Part shown: one piece after another, positions 19,020-29,410 of the stretch | Numbering within the stretch: position 1 is the stretch's first letter | How the letters are laid out: each line of letters starts with the position of its first letter | Source of the DNA: Candidatus Levybacteria bacterium RIFCSPLOWO2_12_FULL_37_14 | Lineage (GTDB): Bacteria > Patescibacteriota > Microgenomatia > Levybacterales > UBA12049 | Direction of reading: 5' to 3' | NCBI GenBank assembly: GCA_001782645.1 | Contig: MFPH01000034.1 | Coordinates: 1 to 33,050, forward strand | Length of the DNA: 33,050 bases | The notes under the pieces: generated by a model | Told to the model about the DNA's origin: nothing | The model's database searches: none | Seen by the model: only the letters and a program-made list of their open reading frames with translations | Program-made: the position numbers and the translations under genes

Positions 19020-19722
19020 AATTATATTTTAATTTTAAGATTGTGATGAATGCTTCTTTTATTTCTGCAAAATTAAAATTAGATTTATTAATCTCTTTGT
19101 GGACAAAGTTAAATGGTATTTCTCCAAAAGATCCACCCTTTTTATATATTTTATAAATGATTTCTGATAACAGAATAAAACCCTTAGAATAAAATGAATC
19201 AAAATCGACTTTTTCTAGCGCTTCTCTTCTGTAGCACCTAAATCCATTTGTAAAATCAGTAATGGGAACTTTCAGCATAAATCTAATATAGGAATTAACA
19301 ATCCGACTAAATATTATTCTTTTTACATTCAATCCTTTGATTATTGATTCTTTCAAATATTTAGATGCTATAACAACGTCAAACATGTTGCATTTACTTA
19401 TCATAATGGGAATATATTTTGGGTCATGACATAAATCAGCATCCATTTCAATAAAAAATTCTATATTTTTATTTTTTAATCCTTCTTGAAATCCTCTTAG
19501 TACCGCCGATCCCCTTCCTCCCTTGTTCTTTCTTAAAATTAGCTTTATTCTCTTGTCGTAAGAAAAACGTTCATTTATCAACTCCGCGGATTTATCGGGC
19601 GAATTGTCATCGACAATTATTATCTTAGGTTCTGGAAAATATACTAATACACGCTCTATTGCCTTGATTATTGTTTCATGCGCATTGTAACAGGGAATAA
19701 TTATAGCTATGTTGTTGTGCAT
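19012..19722 (-). CDS. GT2 polyprenyl-phosphate hexose synthase (DPM1/Ppm1/GtrB-like)
   Basis: The sequence IAIIIPCYNAHETI...IIIVDDNSPDKSAE...RKNKGGRGSAVLRGF...EMDADLCHDPKYIP closely follows the dolichyl/polyprenyl-phosphate mannose synthase pattern. It is 236 aa with no C-terminal TM segment. Confidence 0.75.
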   Translation of the reverse strand: MHNNIAIIIPCYNAHETIIKAIERVLVYFPEPKIIIVDDNSPDKSAELINERFSYDKRIKLILRKNKGGRGSAVLRGFQEGLKNKNIEFFIEMDADLCHDPKYIPIMISKCNMFDVVIASKYLKESIIKGLNVKRIIFSRIVNSYIRFMLKVPITDFTNGFRCYRREALEKVDFDSFYSKGFILLSEIIYKIYKKGGSFGEIPFNFVHKEINKSNFNFAEIKEAFITILKLKYNFR

Positions 19723-19757
19723 ATTTTTTAATAGTATACTCTATTGGGGAGATAAAG

Positions 19758-20519
19758 ATGAAGATTTGCATATCGGCAATCGTTCTAGCAAAAAACGAAG
19801 AAAAAAATATAGCTGATTGTCTGAAAAATTTAAAATGGTGTGATGAGTCAATTGTCATTGACGATAATTCCACTGATGAAACTGTTAAAATTGCAGAAAA
19901 AAATAACGCAAAAGTTTACTCAAGGTCTTTAGATAATTTCTCAAATCAAAGAAATTTTGGGATCACAAAAGCAAGTGGAGAATGGATGCTATTTGTAGAT
20001 GCGGACGAAAGAGTTTCAGGCGCTCTTGCTTTTGAAATTTCAAACGTCCTATCAAGTTGGACAAATGAAATAGATAATGAATATAAAGGCTTTTATATTC
20101 CCCGTTTTGATGTCATTTGGGGAAAAGAATTAAGGTATGGAGATTCAGGAGTAAAATTGCTAAGGCTAGCAAAAAAAAATGCAGGGAAATGGGAGGGATT
20201 AGTCCATGAAAAATGGAAAATTAATGGAAAAATAGGTTCATTAAAAAACCGAATAATTCATTATCCGCATCAGACAATTTCAGAGTTTTTATCGGAAATT
20301 AATTTTTATACTGCATTGAGAGCAAAAGAGCTTTATTCAAGGAAAATAAAAGTTAATATATTATCAATAATTCTGTATCCTTCCTGCAAATTCGTTTTAA
20401 ATTATTTTTTAAAAAAAGGCTTGTTGGACGGAATCCCGGGGCTGATGCAGGCGCTCCTTATGTCATTTCATTCATTTTTGGTTAGAGGCAAATTGCGGTT
20501 GATGTGGAATAGTAAATGA
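19758..20519 (+). CDS. Glycosyltransferase family 2 (WaaE/KdtX-like short GT2)
   Basis: The sequence reads ISAIVLAKNEEKNIADCLKNLKWCDESIVIDDNSTDET...FVDADERV. A GGGGAG SD lies 6 nt upstream. Confidence 0.8.
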   Translation: MKICISAIVLAKNEEKNIADCLKNLKWCDESIVIDDNSTDETVKIAEKNNAKVYSRSLDNFSNQRNFGITKASGEWMLFVDADERVSGALAFEISNVLSSWTNEIDNEYKGFYIPRFDVIWGKELRYGDSGVKLLRLAKKNAGKWEGLVHEKWKINGKIGSLKNRIIHYPHQTISEFLSEINFYTALRAKELYSRKIKVNILSIILYPSCKFVLNYFLKKGLLDGIPGLMQALLMSFHSFLVRGKLRLMWNSK

Positions 20520-20520
20520 T

Positions 20521-22101
20521 ATGTTTTCTCTAGCCATCTTGATTGGTATTTACTCATATCTCATTTTTGAGCTTGGACTGGTAGGAATTTTATATAAAGA
20601 CCACATAGTTTTAGCAACATTTATCTTCGGATTATTTATTCTCTATTTTTATAAAAAAAAGATAAAAAGTAAATTGCCTCAGTATTCTAAAGTATTGAAG
20701 CAAATGCAGAAGATAAATGTTAAAAGTGCAAAACGCAATTGGTTGCCAATCGTTGCCTTTTCTATATTAGTTTTACAGGGAATTGTTAATCTTATTGGGG
20801 CATTGGGGCCGGAATTGGGATTCGATGCTCTTTGGTATCACTTGACGTTGCCTAAAATTTACCTACAAAATCACGCAATTTTCTATATTCCCGGAGGACT
20901 CTTATATTATTCAACAATGCCCAAGCTTACGGAAATGCTCTATACGGTCGGATTATCATTTGGGAGTGAAATTTTTGCAAAACTTATTCATTTTTCTTTC
21001 GGAATTTTAACTTTAATAGCGCTTTATAGGTTGTCCCGCAAGTTTTTATCAAAAACTTATTCCCTTCTGGCGCTTGTTCTTTTTTATTCCAATCTGATTG
21101 TTGGGTGGATATCAATATCTGCTTATATTGATTTAGCCAGAACTTTTTTTGAAATAATGGCACTGTGGGGATTTGTAAATTGGATTGAAAAAAAAGAAAA
21201 AAAATGGCTTATTATCTCGGCGATATTATTAGGCTTAGCAATATCAACCAAACTTTTGGCGTTGGGTAGTCTTTTAATCTTTGCTATCCTTATAGTAATT
21301 TTTACCCGCAAAATTAATAATATCTTAATTTATTGTTTTTGCGCTTTAATAATTCCGTTACCCTGGTTTATTTTTTCCTACATTTATACCGGTAATCCCG
21401 TATACCCATTTTTTACAAGTATTTATCCCGTAAAGTTTACTCTTGATTTAATTAATCCCTTGAGTCTTTCAGATCCCATTTCTTCTCTTTATGTAATATT
21501 CTTACCAATAACAATATTTATTTATAAAAAGCTTAAATTATCTTTCAAAATAATATCTCTATATTCTTTTCTTGCAATTATTGCGTGGTATCTGACTCCG
21601 CAGACAGGCGGAGGGAGGTTTATATTGCCTTATCTTCCAGCCTTTTCTTTAATGACATTAGTAATTATTAATATGATTAAACGAATAGCGCTACGCAGTA
21701 TTTTTATTGGGTTAATAGTTGCTTTAGCATTATTTTCTATAATTTATAGAGGTGCTGCGAATTCAAGACATATTCCTGTTATTTTGGGGCGAGAATCAAA
21801 ATCTCAATTCCTCACAAAGTATTTAAATTTTTCATTTGGGGATTTTTATGATACGGATGGTTATTTTGCCGATAAAATAAAAAAAGAAGACCAAGTTCTT
21901 CTCTATGGGTTTCATAATCTTTATTATATAAATTTTCCTTTTATAGATTCGTCCTATATAAAAAAAGGAGATGTGTTTAATTATATAGCTGTTCAGGGAA
22001 GCAATTTTCCTTATAGATTTAGATTTTGGAATTTAATTTATTATAATGATAAGACTAATATAAGATTATATTCTCTGGGAGGCTTGAGATGGACTTACTA
22101 A
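20521..22101 (+). CDS. Polytopic GT-C-like membrane protein (paralog of 15886..17742)
   Basis: Motifs are GPELGFDALWYH...LQNH, MPKLTEMLYT, IHFSF, AISTKLLALGS and GNPVYPFF, in the same order as in the 15886 gene product. Confidence 0.6.
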   Translation: MFSLAILIGIYSYLIFELGLVGILYKDHIVLATFIFGLFILYFYKKKIKSKLPQYSKVLKQMQKINVKSAKRNWLPIVAFSILVLQGIVNLIGALGPELGFDALWYHLTLPKIYLQNHAIFYIPGGLLYYSTMPKLTEMLYTVGLSFGSEIFAKLIHFSFGILTLIALYRLSRKFLSKTYSLLALVLFYSNLIVGWISISAYIDLARTFFEIMALWGFVNWIEKKEKKWLIISAILLGLAISTKLLALGSLLIFAILIVIFTRKINNILIYCFCALIIPLPWFIFSYIYTGNPVYPFFTSIYPVKFTLDLINPLSLSDPISSLYVIFLPITIFIYKKLKLSFKIISLYSFLAIIAWYLTPQTGGGRFILPYLPAFSLMTLVIINMIKRIALRSIFIGLIVALALFSIIYRGAANSRHIPVILGRESKSQFLTKYLNFSFGDFYDTDGYFADKIKKEDQVLLYGFHNLYYINFPFIDSSYIKKGDVFNYIAVQGSNFPYRFRFWNLIYYNDKTNIRLYSLGGLRWTY

Positions 22102-23243
22102 AAAAAATATTTATCTTTGTACTATTTCTTTTTCCCTTAGGCGAGATTGCGCGTATTGATTTTGGCAATGGTGTTGCATTAAAACCCTTAGATATTGGTG
22201 TGGGAGTTCTTGTCTCGTCGTGGTTGGCGTTCAAACTTTTCAATAAACAAAAAATTAGGCAAAAAAATATATACATTCCTGCATTGCTATTTTCCTTAAG
22301 CGGATTTTTTTCCTTAACTGTTGGCAATCTGCAATTATCGCTAAATGAGTTTTTAATTTCTTTTTTGTATTTACTTCGTTGGCTTGCTTATGCGGGTGTA
22401 TTTTTTGTAATTAGCGATTTCGACAATGACTTCAAGAAGAAAATTTCGAACACATTAATTATCGTTGGTTCTTTGGTTGTAGGATTAGGGTATTTACAAT
22501 ATTTTTTTTATTCAAACCTTAGAAATTTATATTATTTAGGATGGGATGAACATATGCACAGAATGTTTTCTGTGTTTCTTGATCCGAATTTTGCCGGAGC
22601 TTTTTTCGTACTATTTTTTTTATTTTTAATCGGAGTATTCTTGAAAAACAAAAATATTTCAGCAGGAATATTGTTAATGTTGACATTGGGAGCCGTATTT
22701 TTAACGTTTTCCAGAAGCGCTTTGATCATGTTAATTATAAGTTCAAGTTTATTATTTGTATTAATGCATAAAAAAATATGGATAGCAATATTGTTCGGAA
22801 TTACAATTCTGGTGATAACGATGTCATCAAGGTATTTCAGCATTGAAAATATTAATTTATTTAGAATTGTTTCGTCAGAAGCCCGCCTTGCAACTGCAAA
22901 AGAAGCGGTGAGAATAATATTGAGCCGGCCAATTTTTGGAGTAGGTTTTAATTCTTATAGGTATGCAAAATTGGACTATGGTTTGAGGAATAACAAGTTA
23001 TATCTAATAAGCCATGCGGATGCAGGAGTTGATAACAGTTTTTTATTTGTTGCAGCCACTACGGGAATTGTAGGGTTTATTTTATATTTATTTTTGTGGT
23101 TTAGGATATTTAAAATTGCCTCTATTTTGGCAATTGCTTCAATCGCAGGAATATTTATTAATAGCTTATTTATAAATAGCTTATTTTATCCTTTCATCAT
23201 GTTGTGGCTTTGGATAATTATTGCAATTAAGGTGAATAGATAA
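22089..23243 (+). CDS. O-antigen ligase / Wzy-type polymerase family membrane protein
   Basis: About 10-11 TM segments are present. LTFSRSALIML precedes a large loop, and SHADAGVDNSFLFVAATTGIVGF matches the His-containing Wzy_C-type motif. The start overlaps the upstream gene by 13 nt. Confidence 0.7.
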   Translation: MDLLKKIFIFVLFLFPLGEIARIDFGNGVALKPLDIGVGVLVSSWLAFKLFNKQKIRQKNIYIPALLFSLSGFFSLTVGNLQLSLNEFLISFLYLLRWLAYAGVFFVISDFDNDFKKKISNTLIIVGSLVVGLGYLQYFFYSNLRNLYYLGWDEHMHRMFSVFLDPNFAGAFFVLFFLFLIGVFLKNKNISAGILLMLTLGAVFLTFSRSALIMLIISSSLLFVLMHKKIWIAILFGITILVITMSSRYFSIENINLFRIVSSEARLATAKEAVRIILSRPIFGVGFNSYRYAKLDYGLRNNKLYLISHADAGVDNSFLFVAATTGIVGFILYLFLWFRIFKIASILAIASIAGIFINSLFINSLFYPFIMLWLWIIIAIKVNR

Positions 23244-23931
23244 TTTTTATTTCCTTTATAGCTTTGTTTCCTGCAATATCTATAGCCTCAACCCTTATTT
23301 TGTTTTCTCCGTTTTGAAGAGGAAGACTATAGGAAAAATTTCCATTACTGTCCGTGATTGCCCAGAAACCGTTAATGGTTACTTTAGCATCGGTATCCGT
23401 TGCCCCTTTAATACTTGCAATATTTTGGTCTTTTGAGAAAGATTGTCCGTCTGTTGGCGAATTAAGACTGAGATATGGAGGAGCGTTTTTGAAAGCTGTA
23501 ATTATGGTGTTAGAGAAATCACTTTCTTTTTCATTCACAACTGATTTGGCTTGTATAATATTCTCGCCCGGTTTTATTGTTTGCTTGAATGAAAATTTTC
23601 CATCATCGCCCGCTTTAACGGTGTCAACTAAGTTATAATTTATATATAGGTTTACTGTTTGTTTTTTTGAGGCAATTCCGGAAATTATAATAGAAGCACT
23701 TGTAGTTGCTTCCGGAAATGAATCAAGAACAGGAGGAGCAATAAAGGAAGAGCTTTGAATTTTCGTTTCCACTTTGCTTTGGGAGCCTGATAGGAAAAGG
23801 CTAAGATTAACCAAGAGCGGAATTCCAAATTTGAATGATAAAAAGACTACGAGAACAATACCAAGAATACTTAATGCGAGATTTTTCTTAGTTTTTTGCT
23901 CCATTCTTTTTGATAGTCTTGACCTAATCAT
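23227..23931 (-). CDS. N-terminally membrane-anchored surface protein with two Ig-like (Big-type) repeats
   Basis: The N-terminus is basic and is followed by the TM segment LALSILGIVLVVFLSF and a Ser/Thr/Pro-rich linker. Two related beta-rich modules follow: ...DDGKFSF..PGENIIQAKS and ...SNGNFSY..NGENKIRVEAIDIAGN. A GGAGA SD lies 7-8 nt upstream. Confidence 0.6.
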   Translation of the reverse strand: MIRSRLSKRMEQKTKKNLALSILGIVLVVFLSFKFGIPLLVNLSLFLSGSQSKVETKIQSSSFIAPPVLDSFPEATTSASIIISGIASKKQTVNLYINYNLVDTVKAGDDGKFSFKQTIKPGENIIQAKSVVNEKESDFSNTIITAFKNAPPYLSLNSPTDGQSFSKDQNIASIKGATDTDAKVTINGFWAITDSNGNFSYSLPLQNGENKIRVEAIDIAGNKAIKEIKIIYSP

Positions 23932-23944
23932 AGTTTTTCTCCAG

Positions 23945-24015
23945 AGCCGATAGGTAGAATCGAACTACCATTTACGGTTTACGAAACCGCTGTTCTGCCA
24001 CTGAACTATATCGGC
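23945..24015 (-). tRNA. tRNA-Thr (anticodon CGU), CCA not encoded
   Basis: The minus strand reads GCCGATA TA GTTC AGTGGCA GAAC A GCGGT TTCGTAA ACCGT AAAT GGTAG TTCGATT CTACC TATCGGC T. All four stems pair (acceptor 7/7). The T-loop is the canonical TTCGATT. The anticodon loop T-T-CGT-A-A gives CGT. Confidence 0.9.
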
Positions 24016-24025
24016 CAATGGCGAT

Positions 24026-24054
24026 ATTGTAGTAAATTTTCCACCAAAGAGCAA
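24026..24054 (-). promoter_or_regulatory. Candidate sigma70-type promoter for tRNA-Thr (and the downstream Ig-like gene)
   Basis: On the minus strand, TTGCTC (24054-24049) is followed by 17 nt and then TACAAT (24031-24026). The -10 ends 10 nt before the mature tRNA 5' end. Confidence 0.4.
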
Positions 24055-24079
24055 TTTATACTTGATAATTTTTAATATC

Positions 24080-24108
24080 TTGACAAGGGTTTGGGAATAC
24101 TATAAATT
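24080..24108 (+). promoter_or_regulatory. Candidate sigma70-type promoter for pyrF-pyrE-pyrC
   Basis: A consensus -35 TTGACA sits at 24080-24085. A-T-rich -10 candidates are TATAAA (15-nt spacer) and TAAATT (17-nt spacer). They lie ~40 nt upstream of the pyrF ATG. Confidence 0.4.
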
Positions 24109-24146
24109 AATTGAAACACTAATCTAAAAGAACATTCTTGCAAAAT

Positions 24147-25031
24147 ATGACAGAAAAAGAAACAGAAGAACGATCTCAAGAAAGAAACTTCAAAAACCCC
24201 CTAGAACAACGACAAATTTCATTTAATAGCGTACTCTGCATTGGTCTTGATCCTGATTACTCAAAGATCCCCGATAGTATTATGGGAAAGTTTCCAAGCT
24301 ATGAAATGGGTTCAGCAATACTTGAGTTTAACAAGCAAATAATTGATGCTACCAATTCTCTTGTATGTTCGTATAAACCTAATATGGCTTTTTATGAAAA
24401 ATCCGGATTAAGGGTGCTAAAAGATACAATTGATTACATTAGAAAGAAAGATTCATTAATATCTGTTATCGCTGATGGGAAAAGAGCAGATATTGGAAAT
24501 ACGAATATTCCTTACGTAGAAACTATCTTTGATTATCTTGATGCGGATGCTGCTACAATTAACCCATACTTTGGAGGAGAAGCAATAAAACCTTTCCTGG
24601 AAAGAAAAGATAAGGGAATTTTTGTTTTGTGCAGGACATCAAATAAGGGTGCTGAAGATGTACAAGATTTAATTGTTAAACATCTTGAGCTAGGAGAAGT
24701 ACCACTTTACCAAGTCGTAGCATATAAAGCTGCCTATGAATGGAATGCCAATAAAAACATTTGTTTAGTCGTAGGCGCTACTTGGCCTAAGCAGTTGGCT
24801 GAAGTTCGAAAAATTGTTGGACCGGACATGACGATTCTAATACCCGGATTAGGAAAACAAGGAGGGAAACCTGAGGATATGGTATTGGGATATAATTCTG
24901 CAAAAAGAGGAGTCATTGGTAGTATTTCCAGAGAAGTTATTTTTGCTCAGCCAAAAAGTGGCGAAAGTTATATGCAGGCAGTTAGAAAAGAAGCAATGAA
25001 ATGGCGCGACGCAATTAATGCGTACCGCTAA
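24147..25031 (+). CDS. pyrF: Orotidine 5'-phosphate decarboxylase, type 2
   Basis: The motifs LCIGLDPD and ADGKRADIGNT and a length of ~295 aa fit the long (type 2) PyrF form. I prefer the ATG at 24147 over the TTG at 24138 used by the track. Confidence 0.8.
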   Translation: MTEKETEERSQERNFKNPLEQRQISFNSVLCIGLDPDYSKIPDSIMGKFPSYEMGSAILEFNKQIIDATNSLVCSYKPNMAFYEKSGLRVLKDTIDYIRKKDSLISVIADGKRADIGNTNIPYVETIFDYLDADAATINPYFGGEAIKPFLERKDKGIFVLCRTSNKGAEDVQDLIVKHLELGEVPLYQVVAYKAAYEWNANKNICLVVGATWPKQLAEVRKIVGPDMTILIPGLGKQGGKPEDMVLGYNSAKRGVIGSISREVIFAQPKSGESYMQAVRKEAMKWRDAINAYR

Positions 25032-25043
25032 AGATAAAGAAAT

Positions 25044-25670
25044 ATGGAAGTATTACGACCATTACCCAGAGAAGAAAGAGTAAGGGAAATCTTCCAGAAG
25101 AGTGGAGGCATTCTTGAAGGGCACTTTATTGCCCACTCATGGAAACATCTAGATAGATACGTTGATAAAAGATTATTCTATGCCTATACCCAAGAAACTA
25201 CTGAAATCTGCAGTATGTTTGCCGAGGATTTTAAGAATGACAATATAGAAGTGGTAATTGCGCCTGCGACCGGTGGAATAATTCTATCTTTTGAAACTGC
25301 TAGATTGCTAACGCTTATGACAGGGAAAAAAGTCATTAGTGCTTTTCTGGAAAAAAGAAAAGAAGGAGGATTTGAATTTCATAAAGGCGTAGCAGAATTA
25401 ATTAAAGATAAACGAGCCCTCGACCTAGATGACGTCCTAACAACAGGAGGATCTTTAAAAGACGCGGTTGACGAAACAAGAAAGGCCGGAGCTAAAGTAG
25501 TTAGAGTAGGCGTAATTTGGAATAGAGGAGGAGTCAAGCCGAAAGATATTGGAGTAGAAGATGAAGTAGGAATAGATTCCCTGTGTAATATACGTTTTCA
25601 GGATTGGACTTCAGCAGAATGTGCGATTTCTGGTCCGTGTAGCAAAGGTATACCTTTAACAAAACCTTAA
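25044..25670 (+). CDS. pyrE: Orotate phosphoribosyltransferase
   Basis: The PRPP-binding motif is LDLDDVLTTGGSL. The N-terminal GHFIAHSWKHLDRYVDKR resembles the OPRTase G.F.L.SG..S..Y.D pattern. The gene sits between pyrF and pyrC. Confidence 0.75.
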   Translation: MEVLRPLPREERVREIFQKSGGILEGHFIAHSWKHLDRYVDKRLFYAYTQETTEICSMFAEDFKNDNIEVVIAPATGGIILSFETARLLTLMTGKKVISAFLEKRKEGGFEFHKGVAELIKDKRALDLDDVLTTGGSLKDAVDETRKAGAKVVRVGVIWNRGGVKPKDIGVEDEVGIDSLCNIRFQDWTSAECAISGPCSKGIPLTKP

Positions 25671-26734
25671 TGAGCATTGAGCACCTAAGGATCCCTGCGC
25701 CGGTTGATCTTCATACGCATCTTCGTGATGTGGGTCAAAACCAAAAAGAAGATTTCTATACGGGGACACGTGCAGCCTTGGCCGGAGGATTTGTTCTGGT
25801 AGACGATAAGTCGAACAAACAAAAACCAATTTTTACATTTGAAGATCTTGCAGAAGAGATGGAAGTAGCGAGACCAAAAATATTGTGCGACGTGGGATTT
25901 GATTTTGGCTCTGATGGAAAAAATTTAGATGAATTTCCAAGAATAAAACATTTAACAAATAGATTAAAAGTTTTTCTTAATGAGACTACGGGCAATTTGA
26001 AATTGGCTGATCCAAACTTACTTAGAAAAATTTATCCGGCTTGGCCTGAGGATGGATTAATATTGCTTCACGCTGAAAACGATATGGTACCATTTGCCCT
26101 AAGTGTGATTGAGGAGACAAGGGGAAGAACGCATTTTCATCATATAAGCACGAAGAGAGACTTTGAGCCGATAATTGAGGCAAGAAAGAAAGGTCTGCCT
26201 GTAACCTGCGGGGTTACGCCTCATCATTTATTTTTGACCAAAGATGATGTAAAAAGATTGGGATCGTTCGGCTATATGAAACCGGAACTCGCAACCCAAG
26301 AAGACGTTGATTTTCTATGGCAAAATTTAAAATTCATAGATGTTATCGAATCCGACCATGCGCCACATACCAAAGAGGAAAAACTGTCCGAAAAACCTCC
26401 GTCCGGAGTTCCGGGATTGGAAACAATGCTTCCTTTGATGCTTACTGCCGTTGCTCGGGGTCGCTTGAGCTTGCCCCGATTGATCGAACTTATTAGTACT
26501 AATCCACAGAGAATTTTAGGCATAAAGCTTCCGGAATCAACGTATACGATAGTTGACCTGGCAGAAAAACATAAACTAAGCAATGATGGATTGGAAACAA
26601 AATGCGGTTGGACACCCTTTACCGGTATGGAAGTCCAAGGAAAAGTTAAAACAGTTTTTATCAGAGGTAAAAAAGTCTTTGATAATGGACAGATTCTTGT
26701 GCTTCCAGGGTTTGGTAAGGCTTTAAAGCAGTAG
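25670..26734 (+). CDS. pyrC: Dihydroorotase (short form amidohydrolase)
   Basis: The metal-ligand motifs DLHTHLRD (HxH), LHAEN and ESDHAPH are present. The start overlaps the pyrE stop (TAATG). Confidence 0.75.
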   Translation: MSIEHLRIPAPVDLHTHLRDVGQNQKEDFYTGTRAALAGGFVLVDDKSNKQKPIFTFEDLAEEMEVARPKILCDVGFDFGSDGKNLDEFPRIKHLTNRLKVFLNETTGNLKLADPNLLRKIYPAWPEDGLILLHAENDMVPFALSVIEETRGRTHFHHISTKRDFEPIIEARKKGLPVTCGVTPHHLFLTKDDVKRLGSFGYMKPELATQEDVDFLWQNLKFIDVIESDHAPHTKEEKLSEKPPSGVPGLETMLPLMLTAVARGRLSLPRLIELISTNPQRILGIKLPESTYTIVDLAEKHKLSNDGLETKCGWTPFTGMEVQGKVKTVFIRGKKVFDNGQILVLPGFGKALKQ

Positions 26735-26741
26735 GCCAAAG

Positions 26742-27148
26742 CTATCTCCTTTTGTGTCTTGTGGCGACTTTTAGCTCTAAAATTGCCTTGATCATCTCAG
26801 CTTGGGCCAATCGCAGCTCGTTATCGGTTGATTTTTCACTCATAACTTTCTCTGCGCGTTTTTTCGCTTCCATTGCCCGTGCAACTTCAATATCCTGCGC
26901 TTTTATTGCATGTTCTGCAAGAATGCTTATCTTATTGCTCTGAACTTCCAAAAATCCGCCTGTTATTGCAAGATATTGCTGATTAGTTCCTTTTTTGACG
27001 ATCATTTCTCCAGGATTCACCTGAGTTAAAAGGCTGATATGATTAGGCAGAATCGCAATCTCACCGTTTACGGTTGGGACTACTACCTCATCAACCTCAT
27101 CTTTGTAGATTACTTTTTCAGGTGTAATTATTTCAAGAAGAAGATTCA

Positions 27149-27149
<1 letters not shown>
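26742..27149 (-). CDS. atpC: F1 ATP synthase epsilon subunit
   Basis: The sequence LEIITPEKVIYKDEVDEVVVPTVNGEIAILPNH is followed by a C-terminal helical hairpin. A TAATG overlap links it to atpD. Confidence 0.9.
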
Positions 27150-29408
<2,259 letters not shown>

Positions 29409-29410
29409 AC

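Noticed and set aside
23157-23186. A 15-bp near-perfect tandem duplication (ATTAATAGCTTATTT / ATAAATAGCTTATTT) that encodes INSLF-INSLF in the Wzy-like protein.
   Set aside because: It is a single in-frame duplication inside a TM segment. It is too small to call a repeat element or a regulatory feature.
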